A stretch of DNA of 64,000 bases from Amoebophrya sp. A120 (taxonomy: Eukaryota; Protista; Dinoflagellata), in the NCBI GenBank assembly GCA_905178155.1, contig CAJINV010000001.1, positions 9,693,865-9,757,864 of the forward strand. The letters run 5' to 3'. This document shows, in pieces, positions 12,601-21,900 of this stretch (positions are counted from its first letter, which is position 1; each line of letters begins with the position of its first letter). Position numbers and translations under genes: made by a program. Below the pieces are notes generated by a model. That model was not told the DNA's origin and did no database searches. It saw nothing but the letters and a program-made list of their open reading frames with translations.

Positions 12601-14625
12601 CTTGTTGTGGTCAGGATCTTCCAACATGTGAGCTTTCAGCGAAATAACTCTATTGAAAAGTCTATCGCAGATACTACAAACCCAAGCCCACTCGTCTTCG
12701 TCGAAAAATGACGGGTCGGCGGCGGGGTTTTCTCGTAGCCAACGGAGGGCTTTCGTATTCTCCTTGTGATTTTCTCCTCTTTCGACGTGGAGTTCAAATT
12801 CCCTGCGTGAATCGAACTTCGTGTAGCAGTAGATGCACGCCAGCTGGCTGTCGATATCGTCTTCCAAGAAACGCAAACAGGATTTCTGCGAAAATTTCTC
12901 GCTCTCGTCGTCCGGGACATGTTGGCAAAAGGGTGCTTCGCTACTTCCTGATGGGTCTCGCTTTTTCTTTTCTGTACTTTCGCGTCTGGAGGAAGAGGCG
13001 GCCGGCGGGTTCGAACCGGCGTTACCACTGGGCTTCTGTCGTGGTGGCGGGTCGGTAGCGGTTACCGGGCAATCTCCTGCCTCGGGCCGTCCGCCGTCGC
13101 TTGACAGTACCGCGGGCAAGGACCATGACTCGGTGTCGTGCAACTTGTCCCAGGACGCCGCGAACGAAAACTGCGGTACCCTCGAGCGGACGATTCTCTC
13201 TGTCGTCCAAAATCTAAAAGCCTCTTCCAGGGAAAAACCTACCGCGCACTTCTCTTGGAAATCTACGGTCCGCGTGGACCCCCACCAGATCACGTGGCGT
13301 ATGTCCTGGTCAGAAAAATGGAGAATCACTCTTTTACTTCCTTGAGAAGCCTGCGCAAAGCAGGTAACCTCTTTCTTGAAGCTCTTTCCCCGCTCCGCCA
13401 GCTGAGCCAGGAACAATCTCAGCTCGTTCTCGGTCGCCCTCAGCTTCTTCTTTTTGTTACTCTTGTTCCCGAGAATCCTCGACCCTCGTCGACGAGCTGG
13501 CCGATTTAACGCGTTCATCGCCAAAAGTACTCCATCCTCGACGAGCTCAATATGCTCGCCGAGAAGAACTGCATCACCGCTGTAATTCCCCAACGGGTCA
13601 CCCCAGATTTCGGCTGACGTCGCCCGGGAATTCACGATCGCTCCTGTTGACGTCCATTCTGTGGCAAAGTGGACCCGCAAGAACTTTCGGCGTTTGAAGA
13701 GATGGTCCTGCATCTGCCAGTCGTACAAACCACCACCGGGCAGCGTGCTGTGTAGAAAATCGCCGGTCGATTTTTCGAGCACGAACTGCGCGCAATCCTG
13801 GCCGACTCTATGCACAACCGTTCGGACTGCTGTGAAGGAGTTCTCGTACTTCAGCGCCTCGATCCAGTTTAGGTTCGATAGTAGTTTCGGGTCGCGTTTC
13901 GAGCTCCGTTTCGGTCCCCGTGGTTTCGAGTCGTGTTTCGAGCTCCGTTTCGGTCCACGTGGAAACGGCAGGTAGGAGTCGGCCTGCTGGTTCCGTTCGT
14001 CGTGCTGCTCGGAAAATAGGCCGTCGTCAGTGTACTTCGCAAACTTAGCGAAAATCGATGTGGACAGTCGCGGGGAAACAGCGCTGATGGTCTTCGAAAT
14101 CCTTCCTCGCTTCTTTCGGGGAATCTCTATAAACCCATCTGTCGCCGACGCTTCGCTGTCGATCGAGGCTCCGGTCGTTTCTCTGATGGACTTCGCGCAG
14201 GTCCTCCGCCACTGGTCGAAATTCTTCGGCTCGTCGCGTAGCGTCCTTTTCTCCAGGTTCGAATTTGTCTTGAAACGCGCTCGCAGTGTTGGACAAAGAT
14301 TGATATGGGCGTCGAGGTGGTTCGTGGAGTTAGTTGTTGTCAACTGCGATGCTAGCAAGAGCTTCTTGACTCCGATTTTCCGTTTCTTCGTCGGCGGACA
14401 GTTCTGCGTGGTCGTTCCGCCTACCAAAGTCTCCACCTTTTTCTTCAGCATCATGGCCGCCTGCTGAATACCGTTACGCCAAGCTGTGACCGCTAACTCG
14501 GGAGGCGGCGGCGGAGGAAAAGGCCCGGAACGGATGTGGTTCTCGTAGAATCCGTCGTCGTAGTGCTGTAGTGAGCTGTACTTGGTGGTCGCCGGCAACA
14601 CGGGCGGCAACTGAGGCACGTACAT
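3655..14625 (-). CDS. Retroelement polyprotein: C2H2-like zinc fingers, apurinic-type endonuclease, reverse transcriptase, degenerate RNase H-like domain
   Basis: Fingers CIYC..H..H, CSIC..H..H, CGAC..H.C (~11985-12840). APE motifs HYNIQSL, LSELK, GLDLN, PTY, PDVVF, SQDH (~6990-7920). RT motifs QGPTG, LAKDG, EKIL, SLDLKQMFN, GVQG, CVDD, INKCE, KLFGF (~4900-6200). YTTDDA and NAAEL near the C-terminus. Confidence 0.88.
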   Translation of the reverse strand: MYVPQLPPVLPATTKYSSLQHYDDGFYENHIRSGPFPPPPPPELAVTAWRNGIQQAAMMLKKKVETLVGGTTTQNCPPTKKRKIGVKKLLLASQLTTTNSTNHLDAHINLCPTLRARFKTNSNLEKRTLRDEPKNFDQWRRTCAKSIRETTGASIDSEASATDGFIEIPRKKRGRISKTISAVSPRLSTSIFAKFAKYTDDGLFSEQHDERNQQADSYLPFPRGPKRSSKHDSKPRGPKRSSKRDPKLLSNLNWIEALKYENSFTAVRTVVHRVGQDCAQFVLEKSTGDFLHSTLPGGGLYDWQMQDHLFKRRKFLRVHFATEWTSTGAIVNSRATSAEIWGDPLGNYSGDAVLLGEHIELVEDGVLLAMNALNRPARRRGSRILGNKSNKKKKLRATENELRLFLAQLAERGKSFKKEVTCFAQASQGSKRVILHFSDQDIRHVIWWGSTRTVDFQEKCAVGFSLEEAFRFWTTERIVRSRVPQFSFAASWDKLHDTESWSLPAVLSSDGGRPEAGDCPVTATDPPPRQKPSGNAGSNPPAASSSRRESTEKKKRDPSGSSEAPFCQHVPDDESEKFSQKSCLRFLEDDIDSQLACIYCYTKFDSRREFELHVERGENHKENTKALRWLRENPAADPSFFDEDEWAWVCSICDRLFNRVISLKAHMLEDPDHNKKKLRRALRDNKNAVEADKRKPPSQNDDDDRPPTLSSSSSEDPPPPSPPKNPTVIDQIPDLVRSPPRRIEGSADGTGGGVPKAPENRSARSPKRRKIDEPVERGFDGRSKWSRDSSSDPISPFVAKKRSSSKKDKGIIYDYSSDSENTPAPDLYRSRPTADASKTSMSPVPATAKLKIDEENRTVEYCCGACNKAFPSKNAYKAHNCKTTTGSRARLSMQEVSQNRGSILRGGTGKHFPSDKTSPSAHSAADDDKHRKESPVAMLTAEALAGLPERGDHLEKERKVPLFDDLLSRAASKISSPRRDRTAVTLFDDIASTIGSEWDITSFKGTPEDDGSIGLDIRWSLHLLPKKDAKLRQLLLDLNNYRKTAEEHLSRKVYTKSISHGKRNGAKTSMKAVKASTAVKKSPSEVPKTEGKPTPAFLREENKTFKGTCPPNITPITSRKFYAPNWGTAVEIWKVRSTFHLHFENNASHTVKLVPANDFLRDQLEIMGRAGVGDLVVDASRNQRNASGQTLTKSCSTRCGVWAEKEHAAAGLEEVKTYPLISNSDDQAQGKFLAKNNWAPGSNTARPEEEADHSEIDPEQELSQVSDKSKPKGKKSKKKRTALALTSVGKESWTAIHAFNDGKQKSTATSDAATLRGAQQMIVSLECPYIGDDGQDFFTDKWTKKLAAALGIEQTSIEVGPNYLVPLGKNKRATLTLWRKNAKKNEARFNEHVAATASEKAAVADALQALDELEAHYNSKDEELRNEAPLSRTKNDASLPRPTFQVATSSRAEILFVVKMSSKKSDCKEKLADFCREEGFLEEVTSDETPGRPSSSNEFRLRPSEEIEKLNKFTDARKRVVRAQYRLKTLDPTSGELTGTAKDEIKRHTQILQEATEKRKAKANLKKRNKNPKPKKKPAVVLKGYPEAAPGATSEDDAEKARKENIRRVMRFLLKEEDGGWERRFWDSKRTSEEMKVLRDFCMELETKESGRRSEHLNKVRKTTDFSADIRKMKKTLFKAIEKELKELRQRGAATEHKTTPRNHGPLHPQRSHTIAQDGILPSSRITTQDEAQLAKNAHQASQKGGIMAVDLSSASIGEGQGKPAESLKINQERAPAAHPPAASCRKPSSRAVAAPLPKGERATTATNLPPPGSSKPADETEMPVKHHDRLDDITKAPRSSIYKVPEYDASTARLQEIQRGIYPELQSSSSKRAASDVTRSTLVLPPQNVSPQKKRRRSSTPSRVFPVEKSRSPVVGPKSNPTRRAPGVQDLDDETARLPYNIGAALLSFEPHTTAEFKDIPEIRHHYKDTVGVLMSLDEGKTFQPIAAGVASTAVMRKLAVRYLVSCGAPRLPKTVFLFLDGSQDLHQVKAELEDAEVGDGQESPRDADLGLFRLFHSRVQHFFGFEPAGGSFRSWTSALRLYNSEAKTSSSYLELAESFVRKGGKVDDDYPSGSIALVDDLFPTADKGLNFQRMHASVNDKGSWEVFSTSGSKTGRARVFICNEVFFRKFIFQPEVVRKAAEQKDDADDLRRLVIDWELADADPPGGPGDFNDDIAVLADVDDREVPDPAKKVLVCLIHYNIQSLNSKHERLTEIAKTVQKKAADLNASALLRLGLSELKTLTPAESFPLSPPTTVSGPPAPLLQKTTFASNAPAGGSADSGMTALYEAFIPRKDDPALSEMTRSTTVVSKSWTVLYSSTSYAEREIMRSAPKKDDYCLWFSMTLSRGVLSAEGYITPSTKNDHEVSLENIRHASEQLEEILAAYKKQCEAAPLCFLGLDLNMKHDTASREDFLDSLKPSSSSGFGGKIKRLLMDFCERITEDHEPLQLEGPTYRDISSPDVVFVKGREYIEDLGQALLYRWTAEGETTELPELSQDHAAIGLCGVISEEVLHRGGLAAPTTTTSTASYPDGNFNNKTRDFVTLQALADPRGEHSGRWICGAMEDYKMIPRSIIPRGGDCGVFSLEFVAEREIYKGVNFALRLGRGLALEKTKITEAINNDWQSFQEGRGVVDFEDKIAAALVRANLVEKRGFSSRTLLDKPKDTVGEGPDTDAKRAKKEKALPTAKSMYLGRARGEPIDSIKGITCDGTQCDLVPAALINVARIHFAKPATMLEFSGVQYDYSGEEYRQLLGSLLRHAKFCHPLTVSCPEVVAAIAEMNKELQGPTGVRGSIFRCLPKWTLKLLVEIINKELRGLRDAEDEGKLHEVLDHAAARMVGTFLAKDGQRLDAEKLRITFSQLFSERLKEKILHQHLTALVYKKKRHRGVSFGGMTGINLLSTEIRRRRLRASIRQEDFVLIISLDLKQMFNCLTRLTAHVTFKAAGAHPVFLIHNLLRFSNKKIYLTSDRVTLRVSDYKFGVQGTYSAWCAGALLMAPWLLAAQVAINICYDESGNLEDERIRVARTWIRTAQEIIRSDFRAARCYAMRDIDGMYQKKERAEDEKPDFLQDFVTSIYKQFPHAEKRKSAMGCVDDTDLELVFRQADTTSRLPTVINMVTEHFEIMAEVTKTFIAINKCEAVVISFEDSADAAAACNETAQKVQQSLKIFGKAIKLVKSVKLFGFPVACQVGRSYTALCRRLIGYALPIVRESFRILGNKPKHAEFKLIPGWATISKVRHLLVVLKRYDEPLFDEMTCEIGKKLMNFYGVSDALQEEFKSGFLEVEGKTVSAADIFFAGFLGNKNWKEKVGRTFRKAVTSELAILGDKKCDFLLEAAGWGLNPDEEETRRNLLHDESMRVAFPSKVSYDLLRARSVLKIGGASIVLEGENDDAPTYDYTTDDAIHRGRNNSAYLRTFDGKYFAASLRPPDVELLKIRDAGNVTYAANAAELVRRHGQLLKGRTTWIFSLPEAAINGSSAITHELYSAVASATQKKQSPAASGPRVQISSSSIVWNQRRWARIVPATTSSAAHQYINPLAWESGDPIANDLSEEIHDIFEDTYILGDEEAQEDERIGTKKRKEEIVEKFTNLLIREGFRDAAEPPLPGDPMEIEDLMA
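13891..13962. repeat. 39-bp in-frame duplication within the retroelement ORF (PRGPKRSSK x2)
   Basis: GTCG[C/T]GTTTCGAGCTCCGTTTCGGTCC[C/A]CGTGG at 13891 and 13930. Confidence 0.9.
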
Positions 14626-15201
14626 CTCCGAAGGTTGGTATGGGTGGTTTTTTATTCTCCTAAGGTTTCTACCGGGGTAGATTTTACAGAGTTTGTCTTT
14701 AGTGGGGGTTAGTTGTAAGTGTTAGTTCTTTCCTGTTTTGTGTGTCATTTTGGCGGTTGCAAGGTCGAAATAAGGTCATGCAAGGAAGTTAGAAAAATTG
14801 AAGATCAATAGTCAATAAAAACAAAAACAACAGCAGAAAGGCCGCTTTGCAGAGTTTGAAGCCATTATTCGCTCGGGAAGCCGATAACGTAACGAAAAAT
14901 GCGAAGCGATATCCACGTTTTTGCCTTTTCCAACGCGATCATGTATCTCTGTTTGTTCTTTGGTTCTAAAGACAAATCTGTTTTGGAGGAGAGTAAGGAA
15001 AATAAACAAACGACCGAATCCGACGCGATGTCGCTAGCGGCTGCGAGATAGGCGACAGCTGCTGTAGTTCCTCTACCCGTTTTGCGGGGGCGTAGAGATG
15101 CTCGTCCTCATCAAGCGGCGGCAGCAGCGTTACCATTCACATGTCGATCAGCTGTTTCGCTATGCTGCTGCTGGCCGTTTACGCTTAAAAATCGCTGATC
15201 T

Positions 15202-17319
15202 CTATCTGCAGCCTTGTTGCTTTCTCCCGATTTTTTCCGTTTTTCTGCGCTTTCCGGTGGTTTGGCTGAAGCAGAATCGATGGATACTAGTCGTAAACTG
15301 GCGTCCTCGAGTTTCGAAGGTTCTCCAAGTCAATCCCTCGCAGTCATGCCGTCCACGCTTCTCGAAGCAGTCGCAAACGCCGTAGTGCACGTCTTTCGGA
15401 GGTCCCCCGACGAAGCGCGTAACGGCGAGCTTATCCACAAAACCGTCCTTCACATTTTTCCCCTGAAAAACGCCATCCTGTCGCTGCCACGTGAGTGCGA
15501 AACTCAAGTCCTCGACGGCGAGATTGCGACCAGCTGCCGCTCCGGCCACGAAGCCAGCAGGTCTCTTGCCCAGCGCCACGGCCGAGAGTCCCATAGGTCC
15601 ACTCCCAGCAGAACCGGTCGCAGTTGTAGCTTTCGATTTCGTCGCTGCTGCAAGAGAAACATCGGAGTTTTTGAACAACTCCCCCAATGTCTCCCCGTCT
15701 TCACCGGACTCGTGACCTACGTTCAAGATCGCATGCGGTCCACCTTTGACCAACAACGGCATGGATGCGAAATTCACATCTTCGATGTCAAATGACGGCG
15801 ACGCATTTACTTCCGGATCAAAAGCGTCAACTAGGTCAGTACACTTGTGGTCAAAGAGGTACTGCAAAGGGAAGAAGGGCAGTGACTCCGAGCGGACCAG
15901 CATCGCCTCGGAAATAATGCCTCGGCTCTTCCACAAAAACTCACTGAGCCGCTGCGCCCCTGCCTCGTCGAGTCCACCAACACGCACTTGGTTCGGCAAA
16001 CTCAGAGTTGGTGCGCCCGATTTTACCGGCGGCTTCTCAACGTCGCGGTCCTCGGCCTTGTACCACTTTCCACCGGTTGTGTTGTACAAACGACCGCTTC
16101 TCGCCGCCGTGGAACTTACGCGGGGCTTATTAAAGCCGGTGTCGTCGTCGCTCGCATCCTCATCATTAGCGTTCTGGTAGTCACGGCGTCCTCCTCCTTT
16201 CATCCCCATCCCGTTGAAGGAAGAATGGTAGTTGTCGGCTTTATCGTTGCGCGCTAAACGGCGGCGGTCGGGGACGGTGCTTGATGACGTGACTCCGACG
16301 GCCTCGCCAATCGATCGAAACATGCCGAAGAACGAAAATTTTTGGCTGGAGTCCTGAACTACCTTTCGCGACGCTGGGTTGTTCTGGTTATGGGCCGCAG
16401 AAGAACTGCTTCCCACTCCGAAAATGCCGCTACTTGCAGGAGCTTGAACAAGACTCTGGTTGCTCCGCGATGGTGCTACTCCTGGCGCGCCACTGCTACT
16501 TGCGCCGTTCTGCTGATAAGGGGCTGGTCGCGCAGGACGAAACACTGAAAAGAAAGACCGCATGTACCCCGTCACAGGGAATTCGTCTTGCTGGTTGCGA
16601 CCGGTGTTAGTGTTGTCACCTGGACCTGCCAGATGATCATCATCGGAAAACAAGGCAAAGTCTATCGGCGAAGGCGAAAAAGCATCAGACAGTTGCTCTT
16701 CTTGCCGGTTTTCACTTGGATCATTGTTCTGATCATCTCCCCCTACTCCGTTCTGCTGTTGAGGAGCCTGGTCATCTTCTTCATCCGCCCCTGCAGCGTG
16801 GTCATTGCCGCTGACAACGTTTTGCTGTTCATCCTGGTCCCCTGCTGGTGCTTGTTGACCATCGCTTGCTTCTTCACCAGCCATAGACACGGCATCCGCA
16901 TCTCCTCGATCTCGATTTTGCTCGCCTTCGTCCTGGTTTTCGTCCTCGTCATCCTGGGCAGCTGCTGCTGCATGTGGAGCAGCGTTGTTTTGCACTACGG
17001 CTATCACTACATTCACTGCTGGTGCAGCTGGCGGCGCAGGAGCGACAACCGCGGGTTGTTGGGGCACAACCGGATCGATCTGTTGATTGTTGTTTTGCGC
17101 CGCTGCAGCATTGCGCCCACGCGCTGGACGAGCCCGGCGCGGCTGATTGCCGTTTTTACTCTGTCGCAACGCGGCGACAAGTGAGTTATTCGGCTGCGCC
17201 AAGCTTGGATCATCCAAGAGCGCGTTGATCACTGAGTTGGTATTTTTCCCGTAGTACTCGAAAAGCAATTGCGCATTCTCCTCGGGGCAACCCGTGGTTG
17301 CCGTCACGATATCAACCAT
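15202..17319 (-). CDS. 5' half of SNF2/RING helicase paralogue A (UBA/CUE-like N-terminus, low-complexity linker, unknown domain)
   Basis: Homologous to 24434..26539 (MVDIVTA.TGC, ASDDDT.FNK, APTL, AMLVRS, TW.RQ.GVFQGKN.K.GF, GGPPK). Similarity stops at ~15355. Confidence 0.8.
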   Translation of the reverse strand: MVDIVTATTGCPEENAQLLFEYYGKNTNSVINALLDDPSLAQPNNSLVAALRQSKNGNQPRRARPARGRNAAAAQNNNQQIDPVVPQQPAVVAPAPPAAPAVNVVIAVVQNNAAPHAAAAAQDDEDENQDEGEQNRDRGDADAVSMAGEEASDGQQAPAGDQDEQQNVVSGNDHAAGADEEDDQAPQQQNGVGGDDQNNDPSENRQEEQLSDAFSPSPIDFALFSDDDHLAGPGDNTNTGRNQQDEFPVTGYMRSFFSVFRPARPAPYQQNGASSSGAPGVAPSRSNQSLVQAPASSGIFGVGSSSSAAHNQNNPASRKVVQDSSQKFSFFGMFRSIGEAVGVTSSSTVPDRRRLARNDKADNYHSSFNGMGMKGGGRRDYQNANDEDASDDDTGFNKPRVSSTAARSGRLYNTTGGKWYKAEDRDVEKPPVKSGAPTLSLPNQVRVGGLDEAGAQRLSEFLWKSRGIISEAMLVRSESLPFFPLQYLFDHKCTDLVDAFDPEVNASPSFDIEDVNFASMPLLVKGGPHAILNVGHESGEDGETLGELFKNSDVSLAAATKSKATTATGSAGSGPMGLSAVALGKRPAGFVAGAAAGRNLAVEDLSFALTWQRQDGVFQGKNVKDGFVDKLAVTRFVGGPPKDVHYGVCDCFEKRGRHDCEGLTWRTFETRGRQFTTSIHRFCFSQTTGKRRKTEKIGRKQQGCR

Positions 17320-18909
17320 TGAGCAAGTGCTATTTGATGTATTACATAAACATATACATGATTAGAAGAAAAATACTAAAATGAAAATCATCGAACTACT
17401 TCATTATCTAGTTCGTCCACTAGATCATTCATGTTCTTGGCATAGAAGTAAAACAACTGTCACTGACAGTGGAGCGGCAATCTGCACACCACTTCCTTTC
17501 TGCCTCGCATCAAACAAAAAAATACATCAATATCAACCTATTTGCAACAGAAATCAGCAGCTCAATAAAATGATATGTAATCACACTACCGCTATTGAGC
17601 GTCTGGCGGACGAAAACATACGAATTTTCTATAGTACTACCACTTCTGTATAAGCGGAGCTGCAACGACGTCGAACTGCGATCGAACTTCGACGACGGTA
17701 CATCACACCAGTTCGAGACACGAGATACGACGACGGAATTCCCAAACGAAAATGGGAGTCACTTGCGAGCCGATACTTGCAAGCCGTAGTACGTAGCTTC
17801 GAATATTAAAGTGAACGCGCTCGAGGGAGACGGGCATGGACCTGGTGGGCCATGAACTGCTTTCATGAAACGGCACCGACACCTACGCGTCTGACCTCGA
17901 CAGATAAACCTAGATAAAAAAATCATAAGTACGACTAGTCGACGACGGAATGCGGAGCAAAACAAATGGACACTGTCCATTTGCGATCGATTTCATCACG
18001 ACAAACAACGTCACGCGACGAAACAAAAAAAGAAAGCGGTGTAGGCGAAGACCCGCGTTGTTGCATTCATCCACCGTCGGACCCTGCAAGTGCATCGATT
18101 GAGAGTGCTCATCTTCTTGTTTTTTGTTTTGTCACTTTCATCGAAGACAAGCCATGAGCCGTTCTTGTTCCAGAAGATACATAGAAATTGAAATCAGCCT
18201 CTAGTACAGCACATATTCATATCATACAACAAGCAATTTTTTGTACTAAACCAACGCATGATCTTCTCGATTGTATAATTTCATTCCGAGAATTCTGTTA
18301 TCGTAGACTCGTGAAAAACGCACTATCTACTTCCGTTTCTGGTCCGTTTCTCACACTACGCTTTTTCAAATTTTTGATGCGCGACATTCGAAATGAAGAT
18401 GAGGTCGCAACTGCGTATTAATTTTTGTTTTCTGGTGCGAATAAGTTGCTACTACTAGTGCAAGTTACAAACAAGAGGAACGCAAAAGAACTATCGATAT
18501 CCTGAGATTTATTATGCTCAACATAAGGAAAAAGCTGCGACATTTCTACAAGTAACACCTACGTGGAATACGGAAAAATTCAAATCTAATTTCAATAGAT
18601 ACAGCATGCGACAGCGCTGTAGCTATTCACAGGGTTGAGTTACAGTTAGACCAAATTTGAGTGAAACCGAAATAATCGTCATCTTCGTCTTCATTTTTTT
18701 GATTGTGACGTAGAGGTGCAGAAAATTGCTATAAAAAATCTCGCTGTGCTATGCTTGGTAGACGGTAGACATGCGATGGCACTGGTCAGGAGAAGGAGTA
18801 GATAAAGGAATAGATACTATACATACTAATTTAGCGTTATTTGGTGTAGATATTCTGTAAGGAATCCGAATCAGGATTCAGGAGATCACGCAATAATTTT
18901 AAATACTTT

Positions 18910-21900
18910 CTACGAGATTGGGACGACAATCTTGTCCGTTTTGATTCCGCGGCCGGAAAAATCCAGAGTCCGCGTGATGACGCCTCGCTTCTCAAACTTA
19001 GTCAGCACCTCCTCTAGCTCCGTGTCGCTGAAGCCACGTTTGGCGATATCAGGTCTGATGTCATCTAGTAAGACCCGCGCGCCTAAACTGACCTGTGTGG
19101 AAGTGTTGCGTAAAACAATTCTGTGTCGGTGCTTTTTTATCATGTCGCTGTCCCGCACCTGGATGCAAACAAAGGAGCGAAGCAGCGGAACATGAGAAAG
19201 TATCCGCTTCTACCTTACTGCAGGATCTTCGCGTAAGTACTAAAAACCAAAACCAACTCTAATGCTTAAGTAGTTTTACCTCAAGAAGTTTCGCTCGGAC
19301 GACGTCCCAAATGCTGCCACCCACGGGGTCATCGTCTTTGGGCGGAGCAAAAGCAAGTGCGGAGGCTGCATCGTTTTTCGCTGACGACGAAGACGCACTG
19401 GCGCTACTACTAGCACCAAAAGACACGGCGGACGCGGCCTGTCGAAAGTCATCAAAAGCGGCAAGCAGATCGGCTGGACTGCTACTTTTTCCGCCACCAC
19501 TCGACGAGGACGCTCCGGACGATGACGCGCTAGCCGCATTCTTCAGCCCAAAAGCAAAGGCATTGCTTGCGGAGGTTCCGAAAGCGGGGTTCTGCGTCCA
19601 ACTCGACGAGGAGCTCCCGCTCCCGCTTGCGCTCTCCTCCCCGACATTTTCACTGCTGCTGCCGCTGCTGGAAGACGCGCCAGCTGCAGATTCCGCTGCT
19701 CCGCTGGGGGCAGCAGCTTGCGGCTTTGTCTTCTTCTGGATCCGTGCCGCCAAGGCGAGCTTTGCCTCGTCTCGTTTCTCCGTTGCTAGCCGGTGCTGAA
19801 TAACGACCTCAGCCTCAACGGTGTCGCGCGTGACAAACCGCCAAACATGGACGGTCTTCTTTTGGCCGTACCGTCTCGCCCGTCCGATAGCTTGCGTCTC
19901 GTACGCGAGCGCTTTCGCAAATGTATTCGCAACTGTGGTAGAGTGATTCATTGATCATTTGTATGCTACGTATTGATTCTGTGACAAAAGACAGCGCGTT
20001 CTCCACGAGGAGCCACAGTTTTTTTATGTTTGCACAAAGTGAAAGCGATCCACGCGAGCAAGTGCTACTACTATCTAAACTCATTGAGAAAAAAGTTGTG
20101 AAGAATCAATGTACCCATTGGATGCGCAAAAAGCACATGATTTGCCGATGTCAGATTTGCACCGGAGGCGTTGTTCTCAAAAGACATGACGAGAATTCGG
20201 GGCACTCCGCGCGGAATCTTTTTCCCTCTGGGGTATGTCACCTGGAAGTCCTTGAGAATCGCAGCCTTCTTCGCGGCAGATCCAAACAGTGTGGTGTAAG
20301 GAAGGTGATACCCACGGAAGGCAGCCTCTATCTTCTCCTCGATCATCTTCCACTGCGCGAAGACGATGCACTTCGCACTGGGATCGTCCTCCAAGATCTT
20401 CTGCAGCACGATGATCAGGCTTTCGATCTTGCTACCGTATTTCTTGTAGGTTTTGCACTCGTCGCGCGCAAGCAGCCTGCTGTGCCGCTCGACATGCCCG
20501 AACTCGGTGTTGTAGAGCTCCAGCTTTCCCCAGCTTGTTTGCAAGTACTCCCGCTTGCCATGCGACAGCCTGTGTGTTCGGTGATACGCATACGGTAACT
20601 ACCGTTGAAACAGAAACTACTTCTACTTCACAGAAACATTCAGTTTTTTAGCTACGCGCAGTCGTCAACACTGCAGCTCCTGCTCAAAAAGTTTCACGCA
20701 GCAGAATATCTATGCACAGCGGCACTCAAGAGAAACGACGCAGACAATAGAAACGAGAAGGACAACTCAACGAAACTGAAAAAGCCTATTTGATAAAAGC
20801 TCGATCAAGAAGGTACACGGGCCGATCTTCAATGCAGCGCATCACTTAGGTGGGTACTTACTTATTCGCGATCGAGTCCACTTCCTTGCCCCGATTGGCT
20901 GCGGCTTCGAACTCTTCGTACTCGGCCTCCATCTTGCGAATGCCCTCCGCCTCGTCCGCTATGTCGCACAAGTCCGTCAACTTCAGGTTGGGGTTGTTGC
21001 ATGTCGGGCACTTACCTGTCCTGTTGATCGCTTCCGTCAGGCACGTCTTGCAAAACGCGTGACCACACGGCGTCATTCGGATATCGGAGACAGCAAACTC
21101 CCCACTGTCGTAATCAGGTTTCGGAACCGCGTCGCCCATGCACACAGGACACTCGAATTCCACCGCCTCGTCTGGTTCTTCCTCGTTTTCGCCGCTTTGC
21201 AGCGCCTCCTCGCCGCCACCGCTTTCCTTGGGATTGGCTTTTCCGCTGGACCGACAGAACGCTTTCAACGACCGGCAGAAGAACGAAAATGGCTGGAAGG
21301 CTGCTTTCAGCTCAGCGCCCAGTCGCTTCTTGAAGTTCGCCACTCCAAATTGGTACACCTGCTGGATCAGTTGCGCACTGGCATCACTTCCCTCGCCGTG
21401 TCCGGGTCTACCCGGCACCGTCTTGAGCGGCCTCATCAGCTTCTCTCCTATGTTATCGGGAAGTGGCTTCGGAAAGTAGGGGTCGAGACGTTGCCGAAAC
21501 TGTTTCTCTTCCGGGGAAAACATCAAATCAGCACGGGGGTCGCCCACCGCACCGCTTCCAAATGCGCTGTTCAGCAAACCATTTAGACTCTGCTTCCGCA
21601 ACGGATCCGCTCGTTTCGTCGGATCTTCTCCGAAGACGTCGAGAAAGCGCTTTTCTTCGGTGAGCAACTGCAACAGATTCTCCAACCGATTCAAGAAGTA
21701 GCTATCAGCATCGAGGAGGTCACGCTTCCCCCCTTCTGGCTCTTGCTGCGGACTGATGCGCGCCCTCACTTCTGCAATCTTAGAACCAAGATCGTCGACC
21801 ATTCCCGTGCACCGATAATCCCCTTCCTCTCGCCAATGACGATAAAGCCGCTTCGCACATTCGATTTGCCTCATCGCGATTGTCACCTGATGAAGAGGCG

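Larger units (their letters stand above)
2946..14677 (-). mobile_element. Giant non-LTR retrotransposon (LINE-like, APE-RT type); boundaries approximate
   Basis: Intronless 3656-aa ORF with endonuclease and RT motifs, a 3' region with tandem repeats, lying between two halves of a host gene. Candidate 10-bp direct repeat TAGATTTTAC at 2936-2945 and 14678-14687. Confidence 0.85.

Noticed and set aside
3655-14625. Cytosine methyltransferase carried by the LINE, as described for Symbiodinium retroelements
   Set aside because: No C5-MTase motifs I, IV or VI visible in the ORF by eye; a profile search would be needed to exclude it fully.
2946-15200. LTRs or long terminal repeats around the RT ORF
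   Set aside because: No long direct or inverted repeat between the flanks, and no integrase or tyrosine recombinase motifs seen.
19218-19240. Possible 21-nt micro-exon (YLREDPA) inside the last SNF2 intron
   Set aside because: Has AG/GT borders but would need very short flanking introns; cannot be supported without cDNA.
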